Source of the DNA: Nostoc sp.
Lineage (GTDB): Bacteria; Cyanobacteriota; Cyanobacteriia; Cyanobacteriales; Nostocaceae
Reading direction: 5' to 3'
DNA: 64,000 nt
Assembly (NCBI GenBank): GCA_036918135.1
Contig: JBALDB010000048.1
Location: forward strand, 146,077 to 210,076
The position numbers and the translations under genes are program-made. Within the stretch, counting starts at the first letter, position 1, and each line of letters opens with the position of its first letter. A model generated the notes under the pieces. That model did no database searches. It was not told the DNA's origin and saw only the letters and a list, made by a program, of their open reading frames with translations. Shown here in pieces: positions 1-10,623 of the stretch.

Positions 1-100
1 ATTTTGCAAATCAAATACCACAGCAGTTAACCCAAATAGCGTTGTTCAAGTTAGCATTAATTGGCTGATGAGTAGATTTTCTGTTTAGGTTTGGTTAACG

Positions 101-877
101 ATGCACACTTGGTACTGGTGTAATTGGCAAGGACTGCCCTATCTGAGGTGTAGTATTCTGGATTGGGATCACGGTTTCTTTACCCAGCAGTTTTGGCCGC
201 GATCGCCACAAGATCTCACACTAGTACTCCAACCGGAGGCATCAGTCTATCGCTTAAAGCAAGTACATGGCAATACTGTTCTCACCCCCCAAGAAATTGC
301 TACCAGCACTCTTGAGGATGGTTTAGCATCAGCAGATGGTTTAATTAGCGAACAGCCTCTACAAGCTATCTGGGTCGCTAGTGCAGATTGTACACCCGTG
401 CTGATTGGGGATGTGAAAACTGGACAAGTGGCAGCAGTACACGCTGGATGGCGGGGTACTGCCAAGAAGATTGTTCCCCAAGCGATCGCTCGATTACAAT
501 CCCAAGGCAGCCAACTCGATAATTTACGTGTGGCGATAGGGCCAGCGATCGCTGGTGAAGTTTACCAGGTTTCTGTTGATGTAGCTGCCGAAATCGGAGC
601 CAGCATTATATCACATAATGACGAACAAAAAATTGTTCAAGCATTACAAAATCTGCCCAATTCACCTTTATTAGCAGACCCCAATCCAGGAAAGGTCAGG
701 CTAGATGTCCGGCGAGTAAATGCCTTACAGCTAGAAAGTTTGGGAATTGGTGGAGAACAAATTGCGATCGCTCCTTATTGTACTTTCCAAACTCCAGAGC
801 ATTTCTTTTCTTACCGCCGCGAACAAGAGAAAAAAGTGCAGTGGTCAGGGATTGTCAGTGGTAAAACAACTCAATAG
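101..877 (+). CDS. pgeF: Peptidoglycan editing factor / YfiH-family (laccase-like domain) protein
   Basis: 258-aa ORF with QVHG, ADCTPVL, AAVHAGWRG, IGPAI and FFSYRR motifs typical of YfiH/PgeF. Confidence 0.9.
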   Translation: MHTWYWCNWQGLPYLRCSILDWDHGFFTQQFWPRSPQDLTLVLQPEASVYRLKQVHGNTVLTPQEIATSTLEDGLASADGLISEQPLQAIWVASADCTPVLIGDVKTGQVAAVHAGWRGTAKKIVPQAIARLQSQGSQLDNLRVAIGPAIAGEVYQVSVDVAAEIGASIISHNDEQKIVQALQNLPNSPLLADPNPGKVRLDVRRVNALQLESLGIGGEQIAIAPYCTFQTPEHFFSYRREQEKKVQWSGIVSGKTTQ

Positions 878-889
878 CCTATATTTTTA

Positions 890-1284
890 TCACAGGATAG
901 TACTAATACTATCTACGATTTCAAGGGTTAATATCCCTTTTGGTTTGTTAACTACCAACTGCATAATGTCCAGCCACAACGAACCTATTATAGTATCAGG
1001 AATTTCATCTTCAACATGGACGGTAATTATAACTTCAGTTCCATCAATAATGAGTTTGCCTTGATAGATATCGAATCGTGCTTCTCCTCGTGCTGTCCGC
1101 ATTTCAATTTGTGCGGTTATCAATGACCACTTCAATACTTCCAAGTCTTGAGTATTAATGGCTAACCACCCATCTGTAAACCCAGTATCGAGTAAAGCTG
1201 CAACAGAAATTTTTTATTATTAGCAGCAACAAGCTGAATTTCAAATAATAACTCGCCATTATCCCCAAACAAACCTGCAATCAT
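890..1284 (-). pseudogene. Small clan-AA aspartyl protease (LLDTG motif), frameshifted
   Basis: ATG at 1284 gives MIAGLFGDNGELLFEIQLVAANNKK. The LLDTGFTDGWLAIN...IIGSLWL frame continues only after a 1-nt shift in the A/T run near 1205-1215. Confidence 0.75.
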
Positions 1285-1595
1285 AGCCTACCGCAGGTTC
1301 CTGTGTCGTTAAGTCGATATATGGTAAGTTTTACTTCGTTGATGTTGCCATAAGCATCGTGGATTTTTTGTATTATCCCCAAGAACGTTGGGTCAATAAG
1401 GTACTATTCTGTTTCAGGGTCAATGGCAATATGCCAGTTGTAATGTGTTTGGATCAAAGTTGGACGTAAGCGCTCAAAAATAGCACGACACTGCATAGCA
1501 AGAGCATCACGTTGTTCCTGACGGTGACGCACTTCTTCAGGTGCTAATGATGCTTGTAGAATACGGGTGCGTCGTGGGTGGGATACCTGTGTCAT
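1281..1595 (-). pseudogene. Small hypothetical protein (partner of the aspartyl protease) with internal TAG
   Basis: MTQVSHPRR...HYNWHIAIDPETE*YLIDPTFLG...YRLNDTGTCGRL*; in-frame TAG at 1404-1406; final TGA overlaps the next ATG (ATGA). Confidence 0.7.
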
Positions 1596-1682
1596 ATTAA
1601 TAATATGTACGCTCTTGTATGGTCTTATTATCAAGTTAATTTCAAATCACAAATCTAAAATCTAAAATTTATTGACTAAAAG

Positions 1683-1820
1683 TCAAGTTAATGCATTATA
1701 TAAAACTTCACGATGCATTAAGGCACGATCTACTAAAGACTGTATTTGCTCAGGTGATAAAGGATCGCCATTACCCTAATGCTCCATCCAAGTCAGACTA
1801 ATCAAATTTGGGCCATCTGG
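1683..1820 (-). pseudogene. Displaced, degenerate duplicate of the csaB 3' end
   Basis: Translates PDGPNLISLTWMEH*GNGDPLSPEQIQSLVDRALMHREVLYNALT*, nearly identical to the C-terminus of csaB at 3088-3232. Confidence 0.85.
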
Positions 1821-1975
1821 TTGCCAATGAGCGGCTCTAGCCCTATTTTCCGGACTGGAGCCGCTTGACTACAAACCTTTAATTATTCACGCCCACTTAC
1901 TTATGACTCTTGGTGTTCTAAGTTGACATCCGATTCAATAGTTCAAATTTCAGAACCTGCTTTTGACGAAGGGAA

Positions 1976-2272
1976 CTAATTGCTAAGACTAAAATACTTA
2001 CGGTGATTCCTAAAACGGCATAACTCGGTAGGGCGAAGATAGTTACTTTCATCAAGTATGGCAATTCCCCTGCTTTCACCTTCCAGTGGTTTGCTAGAGA
2101 GCCGATGAGCCAATTTACTCGCTACATAGTACCATTGAAAGTCCCACAAGGGTGGATGTGGTTGATTTAGGAAATAAATTAGCCAATCGGTATAACAGAG
2201 GAATCTTGTAATGACTAATACAACACCTGCTTGGACGAGAAAGTTAACAATTGGTTGACGAAAAAATTGCAT
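1976..2272 (-). pseudogene. Truncated membrane protein fragment, possibly the N-terminus of a GT87/DUF2029-like glycosyltransferase
   Basis: Hydrophobic N-terminus followed by WDFQWYYVAS, resembling the DF..YY motif of GT-C enzymes; ORF ends after 98 aa. Confidence 0.35.
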
Positions 2273-3087
2273 TAACCGTTGGATTACAGAAGATTTTAAG
2301 AATAAAGAATTTTTCTAGACGGCTTTTTCAGCATCTAATCGCCAATTATTTTTGAGAACTAAAGCAACTAAAATTATTATAATTATGTTCCAAAAGCCAA
2401 AGCCGATCATTGCAATAATCTCAATAGTTATTTTTATAATTCATTAGAATAAATTAGAATATCCCATGTTTAAAAAGCGTAATCAATCAAAAATTTATTA
2501 TTTATCTCCACGATTGAATTTACTTGCTCTAAATCACGATTTATCTACTTTGTTATTCATAATTCAGGATTTAATTCTGGCGAGTGACGCCTTTATTCTT
2601 TCTTGCTTATAACTTACGTAAGTGTTATTTTTTTCGCAAAATAGTCCCAAGTCAAAAGTCCAAAGTCTAAAAAACTTGACTCTTGATAGGAAGATATTTG
2701 CTAGTTGCGTAAGTCCTGTTACTAAATAATATCGCCGAATTAAATCGTTATAAATGACACTTAAGTATTTTCATAATCAATTTACAAACCGAATTTTGAC
2801 AATTACTCCCTTGCTGTCACAACCAAAGCTTACTCTCAGGGACATGAGCCACCATTGTCCGATCGCTCTTAAGTGTCAGTGCTGGTATTTACTTTAGCTA
2901 TTGTTTATAATTTATTTCGATTTCTTTGATGCTTAACGATCGCCCCGCTACCTATTCGGCTTGATATTAGATGTTATCTAGTCAATAATCTGCAAAAGCC
3001 GATTTGGTAAACTGGGAACAAGCATCGCAATTTAACCAAAGAGTATATAAACGAAGTTTGTATTTTCTCGGCTCTAGATTTTTGGTC

Positions 3088-4140
3088 TTAATTATTACAT
3101 AAAGCTAGGCTCAATAACTCGCGGTGCATTAATGCCCTATCTACTAAAGATTGTATTTGCTCAGGTGATAATGGATCGCCATTGGCATAATGCTCCATCC
3201 AAGTCAGACTAATTAAGTTTGGGTCATCTGGTAAACTTGCTAAATCCCACCCAGGTATTGCCAATTCTTCCATAAGACGATTTACTTTGGGGTCGTAACT
3301 GAGAGCAAAACAGCGACAACCTTCAGCAGCAGCCATAATTAAGCTGTGGAGGCGCATCCCAATTGCCATTTCCACACCGCGAAACACACCTTTCAAAAGT
3401 TGCGGATCTTCCAGACATAAAATTTTGCTGACATCTTTAAGATGTGGTTGAATAGCTTCGGCAATACTTAAATCTTCACTTTTTTGAAACGGCAGTAATA
3501 AAATAAAAGCTTGCGTAGCTTTTTGAAAATCTACTAAAGCACGAGTTAAGTTAGCCAAACGTGTTTGTGTAAGTTGGGGATGCGATCGCAATGTTAGTGC
3601 AACTCTCGGTGCAGGTAAATCCCAAAGTCCTGGTACTGGTTTCGACTCCAACGCCCAAACTGGGTCTGGAGCTATAATACAAGGAATTTGCCAATCAGAT
3701 AATAAAGCAGCACTGGCGCGATCGCGGACGCTGATTTTGGTACAATTACCGAAGGTTTGCCGTGCCAGCCAGCGAGTCTGCGGACGCAGTAAAGGGCCAA
3801 TACCCTGCGCCCAAGCAACAGTTTTCAGATTCATTTTCTGCGCCAACGCCATCAGTCCGCCATAATAAAATGGGCTGATGGTACTGGTAACATCTTGAAT
3901 GATACTCCCGCCACCCCAAATCAAGGCATCACAAGAGCGCAAAGCTTGCAATACAGGTAAGGCAGCCATGCGATCGTAGGTTTCTACATTGTAGCGATCG
4001 CGGGTTTGGTTTGGATTGCCCGAAAGCACCACAGGCGTCACATCAGTTGGTAACATTTGCAAAAGCGTTGCTAATAAAGCTTCGTCACCACCATTACCTT
4101 TACCGTAATATCCAGACAATAACGCCCGCATCTTTGCCAT
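3088..4140 (-). CDS. csaB: Polysaccharide pyruvyl transferase CsaB
   Basis: SGYYGKGNGGDEA, WGGGSIIQD, SVRD and GMRLHSLI motifs; ATG at 4140 (or 4131) preferred over the longer ORF-track start. Confidence 0.92.
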   Translation of the reverse strand: MAKMRALLSGYYGKGNGGDEALLATLLQMLPTDVTPVVLSGNPNQTRDRYNVETYDRMAALPVLQALRSCDALIWGGGSIIQDVTSTISPFYYGGLMALAQKMNLKTVAWAQGIGPLLRPQTRWLARQTFGNCTKISVRDRASAALLSDWQIPCIIAPDPVWALESKPVPGLWDLPAPRVALTLRSHPQLTQTRLANLTRALVDFQKATQAFILLLPFQKSEDLSIAEAIQPHLKDVSKILCLEDPQLLKGVFRGVEMAIGMRLHSLIMAAAEGCRCFALSYDPKVNRLMEELAIPGWDLASLPDDPNLISLTWMEHYANGDPLSPEQIQSLVDRALMHRELLSLALCNN

Positions 4141-4315
4141 TTGAAATTTTGGATAAAAGGATTTTAGACGATCGACTTTTCTCAAAAATCGATCGGATGT
4201 TAGCCATCCTACCAACAACAGATAAATTTTCTTATGGGAAGATGATCTTATAGAAAGACAAGAGAACTAAATTACTCTTATCTTTCGACTTTTAACTTTT
4301 GACTTTTGACTTGTT

Positions 4316-4651
4316 ATGCACGCCCTTTCGATTCCCACCTGGATTATTCATATTTCTAGCGTTATTGAGTGGATTGTCGCCATTTGGTTAATCTGGACTT
4401 ACGGCGAACTCACTAATAACCGCAGCTGGTGGGGATTATCCCTTGCCATGTTACCAGCTTTAGTCAGCGCCATGTGTGCCTGTACCTGGCATTATTTCGA
4501 CAACGCCGAATCTCTGGAATGGCTGGTAACGCTTCAAGCTACCATGACCTTAGTTGGTAATTTTACACTTTGGGCAGCAGCATATTTAATTTGGCGTTCT
4601 ACCAAGTCTGTTAACACTGTTGAACCAAAACCTATTAAATCAGAGCAATGA
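4316..4651 (+). CDS. DUF2499 / Ycf49-like membrane protein
   Basis: MHALSIPTWIIHISSVIEW...CACTWH signature. Confidence 0.85.
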   Translation: MHALSIPTWIIHISSVIEWIVAIWLIWTYGELTNNRSWWGLSLAMLPALVSAMCACTWHYFDNAESLEWLVTLQATMTLVGNFTLWAAAYLIWRSTKSVNTVEPKPIKSEQ

Positions 4652-4941
4652 TTTCTAAAGAAACCCTGTTTGCACTTTCACTGTTTCCCTATTTAGGTTT
4701 CTTGTGGTTTATCAGCCGCAGTCCGCAAATGCCGCGTTTAGCACTGTATGGATTTTACGGCACTCTCGTTTTTGTTGCCATTACCATCCCGGCAGGGATT
4801 TATGCTGTATTGCATTATGGTAAGTCTTTAGCCAATGTGGATTGGTTGCACGGTAGTGCAGAACTATTTTTGACGCTTTCTAACATCTTGCTTGTGCTAG
4901 GTTTTGGGCAAGCTGTAAGGCAATTAAAAATGAAAAACTAG
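4648..4941 (+). CDS. DUF3593 family membrane protein
   Basis: LFALSLFPYLGFL...LANVDWLHGSAE; overlaps the upstream gene (ATGA). Confidence 0.85.
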   Translation: MISKETLFALSLFPYLGFLWFISRSPQMPRLALYGFYGTLVFVAITIPAGIYAVLHYGKSLANVDWLHGSAELFLTLSNILLVLGFGQAVRQLKMKN

Positions 4942-4975
4942 TGTTTGATTGCATAGAGTTATGAGGAAGAAATAA

Positions 4976-5749
4976 ATGGATGTAATTCCAGCAATAGATT
5001 TACTAGAAGGTCGTTGTGTGCGATTGTATCAGGGAGACTACGATCGCTCACAAGTTTTTAATGAAAACCCGGCTGATGTTGCTAAACAGTGGGTTGAACA
5101 GGGCGCTACCAGATTACACGTAGTCGATCTAGATGGTGCAAAAGCAGGTAAAGTAGTAAATCTTCGGGCAATAGAAGCGATCGCTCAAGTGGTATCAGTG
5201 CCGATTGAAATTGGTGGAGGATTGCGCGATCGCACCAGCGTCCAACAAGTGTTTAATTTGGGCGTACAGTGGGCAATTCTCGGCACCATCGCTGTAGAAC
5301 AGCCGCAACTAGTGCAACAACTGTGTGAAGAATTTCCCGAACAAATTATTATCGGTATTGACGCCCGTAACGGACGCGTAGCAACTCGCGGTTGGTTAGA
5401 AACTTCAGAAGTTTTAGCAACCCAACTGGCTGTGAGAATGCAAGAATTGGGAGCAGCAGCTATTATTTACACCGATATCCACCGTGATGGTACACTGACA
5501 GGACCAAATTTAGAAGCTTTGCGAGAACTTGCTGCGGCAATTTCCATACCAGTAATTGCTTCTGGTGGAGTTAGTTCCGTTACCGATTTGTTGAGTTTGC
5601 TAGCGTTAGAACCCCAAGGCGTGACTGGTGCAATTGTAGGACGTGCCTTGTACACTGGGGATATTTTACTCAAAGAAGCATTGCGAGCGATCGGCCCTGG
5701 ACGGATTCAGGATATACCCCCCAATTTCGGTTTCTCTAGCTTTGCTTGA
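4976..5749 (+). CDS. hisA: ProFAR isomerase (histidine biosynthesis)
   Basis: [31 protein letters not shown] and IASGGV motifs. Confidence 0.97.
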   Translation: MDVIPAIDLLEGRCVRLYQGDYDRSQVFNENPADVAKQWVEQGATRLHVVDLDGAKAGKVVNLRAIEAIAQVVSVPIEIGGGLRDRTSVQQVFNLGVQWAILGTIAVEQPQLVQQLCEEFPEQIIIGIDARNGRVATRGWLETSEVLATQLAVRMQELGAAAIIYTDIHRDGTLTGPNLEALRELAAAISIPVIASGGVSSVTDLLSLLALEPQGVTGAIVGRALYTGDILLKEALRAIGPGRIQDIPPNFGFSSFA

Positions 5750-5813
5750 CAAACTACACACACTGACTCGTCCTTTTGAGTACAGTGTTGTCTGTCCTAA
5801 CTAGTCCGGCTAT

Positions 5814-6215
5814 TTGTTCTCGACAACACTGAAGCGATCGCAAATGGCAGCAGGTGTAGAACCGGATACCTGTTTTTATATCCAAAATGCTCGCCAAACG
5901 ATCGGTAAGCGACGGTTAGATTTGTCGGTAGATCCACCACCAGATTTAGCAATTGAAATCGATGTTACCTCAAATACCCAGCTTAGTGCTTATGTGGCGT
6001 TGGGCGTACCTGAAGTTTGGTGTTACGGAAATGGCAAGTTGCGAGTATTTGTCTTAAATCAAGCAGAATATATTGAGATGAAAACTAGTCCCATATTTGG
6101 GAAGTTACCTGTGATTGAGGGAATATTGCAGTTTTTGCAATTGAGCCTAACACAAGGATCTAGTAGAGCGCAACGCGCATTTAGGCAGTGGGTACGTGAA
6201 GCATTAGTACAGTAA
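5814..6215 (+). pseudogene. Uma2 family endonuclease, N-terminally truncated
   Basis: EPDTCFYIQN, PPDLAIEID and YVALGVPEVW motifs; starts mid-domain at a TTG with no upstream in-frame region. Confidence 0.75.
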
Positions 6216-6522
6216 TAAATCTCAAGTTTGGTCAAATATCGCTCAATATAGATTGGGTAGAACGAAATTTAGGCCTTGCTGATTGAAAATATGAATCTGC
6301 TTTAAGCAATATGATATTAGATTACCTATTTGCTCCAGCCAGCAAGCGATCGCTGACTCATATATTAAGATTTGTATCTATTTTATTAAAAGTCAAGCTG
6401 ACTACAACGGTAAGATTATCTACTAACTTTTTTCAATAAATTTAAATTTTTTTCTAAGATTTCTGTAATCGACAATACCCGTAATGTAGATTAAATTGTA
6501 CTAAATTTCAAAATTTAATATT

Positions 6523-6639
6523 ATGGGTAATCAAGAGCAACATTCCAACCAAGCATTGAATCAAACACAGGCTAACGGAATAAAGAAGAAGAAACTACAA
6601 CCTCCTCCAGACATCAAGAAACCAAAGAAAACTGAATAA
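6523..6639 (+). CDS. Putative 38-aa basic small protein
   Basis: MGNQEQHSNQALNQTQANGIKKKKLQPPPDIKKPKKTE*, followed by an inverted repeat at ~6657-6690. Confidence 0.3.
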   Translation: MGNQEQHSNQALNQTQANGIKKKKLQPPPDIKKPKKTE

Positions 6640-6917
6640 AAACTATTAGACTTTATTGTAGAGACTTAAATTTAATTAAGCCTCTATAACAAGTTGAAAA
6701 AATAAATCAACTTGCTTATTTATGTGAAGAATAAACGTGTTAGTCGTCAGAATCTAAAATGATTAAGCTAATCGTCATTCATTTCTCTAAGATAATTCGC
6801 TTGTAGCAAGGGCTTCAGCCCTGGTTTTATGCAACTTAAATGCTCATTAACTTATAAAATCAAGAGTGCTATAGCTTCTTAAATCTAGTCAAATTATTCT
6901 GTATTTTGAATTCTTAC

Positions 6918-7224
6918 TTATTTATTTTTTACTTGACTCTTTGCCTGTTCTAAAGCTATTTCTTTCATTGCCTGATACGAATTCACATTGGAAGTACCTT
7001 CAATAGCTTTAACTGCCAAATTCTAATTGTAAATCAGCTAAACCCTTAACAATACCATCTACTGTATATGTCGAAGCTGCTTGCAGAATTTCTTGACTTT
7101 TTGGTTTTTCTGCTTCCTCTTGCTTGGTTGCTATTTTAAATTCCAGCTTTTTCCTTTGAATAAGAATTTGTTGAAATGCTTGCATTAGTTGTTGTTTGCT
7201 GTCCTTGACTCCAACTGTAGTCAT
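6918..7224 (-). pseudogene. Deletion remnant of a coiled-coil protein locus (N-terminus plus out-of-frame C-terminus)
   Basis: SD-like GGGAG then MTTVGVKDSKQQL...LQLEFGS*; an overlapping frame gives LAVKAIEGTSNVNSYQAMKEIALEQAKSQVKNK*. Confidence 0.6.
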
Positions 7225-7707
7225 ATTCCAACTCCCTTCAATAGGCAATAATTTATCGGGTAGCAAGCCATACCAATGACCACCCTATGCAGACATCAGA
7301 GTAACTTTTGTATGGTATTTTTAACGCAGTGGAAACACTGAAATAATCAACATCTACTGAGGATAGTACGAGTTATCCACAGTTGTGTCTTTCTGTTTTT
7401 TAAGTATATTATTTTGTTATAGTAGTAAATTGGTACTATTAAATATATTTAATACTAATTTGGTGTTGTCAACAAAAAATTGAAGCTATTTAGTAGATTT
7501 AAAGATTTACAGCTACTAAGTAATGACTATAAGCAGCTTCCAGCCACAGCGTTTTATAATCAAAATAAGGTTCTGTAGCCTATGTAACTTTTTGTAAAGG
7601 AAATCTAAAAGAATTGACCTTAGTAGAAGCGCGGTTGCACTCAGGCTAGATAATAGATGTAATCATCCTAATTGATACAACCACAGTCCTAGACTTTTGT
7701 GATATCA

Positions 7708-8460
7708 ATGTATACCAGTGAATCGACCAAGTACTCTGCCAGAACGGATATTGGACAAACCAGCCGAATTCTGGTGGTAGAAGATGAAGAACTAATCCAG
7801 GAAATGGTAGCTGTAGCCCTGGAAGAAGAGGGTTACGGGGTGATAACTGCCCCCGATGGGCGGTCTGCTGTGGAGTATCTCAAAAGTTTTGAAACCAACT
7901 CAGGGGAACTTCCCTTTGACTTGATCGTTCTTGATTTGATGCTGCCTCAGATCAATGGTTTAGATATCTGCCGTTTGCTACGTCACCAAGGAAACCCAGT
8001 ACCAATTTTAATGCTCAGTGCTAAGGGTAGCGAAACTGACCGCGTTTTAGGTTTGGAAGTAGGAGCAGATGATTACCTCACTAAACCTTTTAGTATGCGC
8101 GAGTTAGTGGCTCGCTGTCGTGCTTTACTGCGGCGTCAGCGCTTAAGCACTTTGCCACAGCTACCAGTATTAAAATTCAAGGATGTAACCTTAAATCCTC
8201 AAGAATGTCGCGTACTAGTTCGCGGTCAAGAGGTGAGTCTTTCCCCGAAAGAGTTTCGCCTGCTGGAACTGTTTATGAGTTACGCACGTCGGGTGTGGTC
8301 GCGGGAACAATTGCTAGACCAGGTTTGGGGCCCAGATTTTGTGGGGGATAGTAAAACCGTAGATGTTCATATCCGTTGGTTACGTGAAAAATTAGAGCAA
8401 GACCCCAGCCATCCAGAATATATTGTGACTGTACGAGGTTTTGGCTATAGGTTTGGATAA
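7708..8460 (+). CDS. sphR: Phosphate regulon response regulator (PhoB/OmpR family)
   Basis: Receiver domain (VVEDE, LDLMLP, KPF) plus winged HTH (KTVDVHIRWLREK, TVRGFGY); upstream of a kinase and phoU. Confidence 0.85.
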   Translation: MYTSESTKYSARTDIGQTSRILVVEDEELIQEMVAVALEEEGYGVITAPDGRSAVEYLKSFETNSGELPFDLIVLDLMLPQINGLDICRLLRHQGNPVPILMLSAKGSETDRVLGLEVGADDYLTKPFSMRELVARCRALLRRQRLSTLPQLPVLKFKDVTLNPQECRVLVRGQEVSLSPKEFRLLELFMSYARRVWSREQLLDQVWGPDFVGDSKTVDVHIRWLREKLEQDPSHPEYIVTVRGFGYRFG

Positions 8461-8513
8461 TTAGTTTAGATAGTTGTTAGTTTTGAGTAATCATCAAAAA
8501 ACTAACAACTCAA

Positions 8514-9839
8514 ATGCTCTTATTGGGATTTTTTGTGGGTTTAGCGGTAGGCATTGGGTTTTGGGTTTGGCAACAGGTTCAACTTAACCGCTACCTGAGG
8601 CGCGTACTCCAACCGTTAACCCCGCATTTTGACAAAGTGGGACTGCTATTAATTCCTGGGTTACGGCAGGAAATTATGCTCTTGAAAGAGCAGCGACAAG
8701 ATTTACAACAGTCGCTGCAAACTTACCAAGACTTGCTGGAATTTGCACCAGTAGGATATTTACAGGTAGATGAAGAAAATCAACTGCTGTGGTGCAATCA
8801 GCAGGCGCAGGAAATTTTATATCTGCAAAGGTGGCAACCAGGACAAGTACGGTTGCTGCTGGAGCTGGTACGGTCTTATGAACTCGATCGCTTAATTGAG
8901 CAAACTCGTGATTGCCAAAAACCACAGACGAAGGAGTGGGTGTTTCATCCTTCTTGTGATAATGCAGCAGAGATACAAACAGTAAAATCTTTAACTTTGC
9001 AGGCTTCTAGCTTGCCTTTACCCAACGGACAAGTAGGAGTGTTTCTAGAAAATCGTCAACCCCTATTGGATGTAAATCAAGCACGCGATCGCTCTTTTTC
9101 TGATTTAGCACACGAACTCAGAACGCCGTTGACTTCGATTCGTTTGGTTGTAGAAACTTTACAAAACCGTTTGGAACCACCTTTAAATCGCTGGGTTAAC
9201 CGTCTGATGCAAGAAGTTGACCGACTGATTAACTTGGTGCAAAGCTGGTTAGAACTCACCCAAATGGAAACAAACCCCAACATCCAATTGCAAACCGAAG
9301 CTGTAGAATTGCGATCGCTAATTGCATCTGTTTGGGAAAATTTAGAACCTCTAGTACAACGGCAAAATCTGTCTTTGAGTTATTCGGGGCCAGAAAATCT
9401 TTGGATTAAAGCAGATCCAGCCCGCATCCACCAAGTTTTTCTCAATTTGCTGGACAACAGCATTAAATATAGTCTTCCTTCTACTTGCGTTCACGTCCAG
9501 GCGAAAATCATATCGACAAATAATAATGGCGGCAATCCTGGTTTGTCATCTGTCGAAATAAATCTTATTGATTCTGGATTAGGTTTTTCCCAAGCAGATT
9601 TACCCCACGTTTTCGAGCGATTTTATCGGGGAGATAAAGCCAGAACCCATTCGCAGCAGGATAGTAATTCTATAGGGGCGATTGTTGGCAATGGTTTAGG
9701 GTTAGCGATCGTTCAACAAATTCTTTTGGCTCACGGCGGTTCAATCAAAGCGATGAACCATCCAGAAACAGGTGGAGCCTGGATGCAAATTCAATTTCCT
9801 CAAGTCATGGCAAACTCTTTAAGCCAAGACTATAGTTAA
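8514..9839 (+). CDS. sphS: Phosphate sensor histidine kinase (PhoR-like)
   Basis: N-terminal TM, PAS-like region, AHELRTPLT H-box, NLLDNSIKY, FERFYRGDKAR and GLGLAIV motifs. Confidence 0.85.
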   Translation: MLLLGFFVGLAVGIGFWVWQQVQLNRYLRRVLQPLTPHFDKVGLLLIPGLRQEIMLLKEQRQDLQQSLQTYQDLLEFAPVGYLQVDEENQLLWCNQQAQEILYLQRWQPGQVRLLLELVRSYELDRLIEQTRDCQKPQTKEWVFHPSCDNAAEIQTVKSLTLQASSLPLPNGQVGVFLENRQPLLDVNQARDRSFSDLAHELRTPLTSIRLVVETLQNRLEPPLNRWVNRLMQEVDRLINLVQSWLELTQMETNPNIQLQTEAVELRSLIASVWENLEPLVQRQNLSLSYSGPENLWIKADPARIHQVFLNLLDNSIKYSLPSTCVHVQAKIISTNNNGGNPGLSSVEINLIDSGLGFSQADLPHVFERFYRGDKARTHSQQDSNSIGAIVGNGLGLAIVQQILLAHGGSIKAMNHPETGGAWMQIQFPQVMANSLSQDYS

Positions 9840-9868
9840 AAAATATCTTCACGTTTGAGATTACAAGT

Positions 9869-10537
9869 GTGAAAGCTGTCCGTTACAGTCCCAATCCTCA
9901 GAGACCCCAACTGGCACGCGGTATTAGGCGTTTAGAACGGGATATATTACGCATGGGAGCTTTGGTAGAACAATCATTTCGCCTCAGCCACCAAGCGTTA
10001 TTTGCTCGTAACTTAGCAGCAGCAGAGGAACTTCCCCGATTAGATAAAAAAATCGATCGTTTTTATAGACAAATAGAATCAGACTGTACAGCGATTATGA
10101 CGCTGCAATCACCTACAGCACAAGATTTACGTTGCTTGAGTGCTTTTATGCAGCTAGTGCGAGACTTAGAGCGCATTGGTGATTATGCTAAGGATTTAGC
10201 TGAGATTGCGATTAAAATCTTTCCTTATGCACCTCATATGTCTTTACCAGAGATTGAAGTTATGTCCCGTCACGCTCAAGCAATGTTAGCAACTAGCTTA
10301 GTGGCTTTAGCAGATTTTGATGAAGCAGGTGGACGAGGTTTAAAGCACTTAGATGATACTGTAGACGATGCTTACGATCGCGTTTATCAGACTTTAGCCC
10401 AACAACGCGACGTACCAGGCGTCGTTGAGCCTATTGTACTGTTGGCACTGGCGATTCGTTGTTTAGAACGTATGGCCGATCATGCGACTAATATCGGTCA
10501 AAGGGTTGCATATATCGTCACTGGTCAACGCTCTTAA
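9869..10537 (+). CDS. phoU: Phosphate signalling complex protein PhoU
   Basis: DLERIGDYA and LERMADHATNI repeats. Confidence 0.95.
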   Translation: MKAVRYSPNPQRPQLARGIRRLERDILRMGALVEQSFRLSHQALFARNLAAAEELPRLDKKIDRFYRQIESDCTAIMTLQSPTAQDLRCLSAFMQLVRDLERIGDYAKDLAEIAIKIFPYAPHMSLPEIEVMSRHAQAMLATSLVALADFDEAGGRGLKHLDDTVDDAYDRVYQTLAQQRDVPGVVEPIVLLALAIRCLERMADHATNIGQRVAYIVTGQRS

Positions 10538-10542
10538 ATTAG

Positions 10543-10598
10543 CGAACAATTACCAGTTATCACTTATCAAGATGAATTTGATAACTGATAACTGTTCG
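10543..10598. terminator. Inverted repeat downstream of phoU
   Basis: CGAACAATTACCAGTTATCA ... TGATAACTGATAACTGTTCG; a similar unit lies at ~51838-51917 after the ABC-F gene. Confidence 0.45.
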
Positions 10599-10623
10599 CT
10601 GTTGACTGATAAAGCTTGCTTAA

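Noticed and set aside
1976..2272. IS701-like transposase from the ILDES motif
   Set aside because: A single short motif only; no TIRs or other transposase blocks, and the N-terminus is hydrophobic
2280..3087. Additional genes in the AT-rich interval next to csaB
   Set aside because: Only short broken frames and half a repeat element (TGCGTAAGTCCT at ~2707); no supportable call
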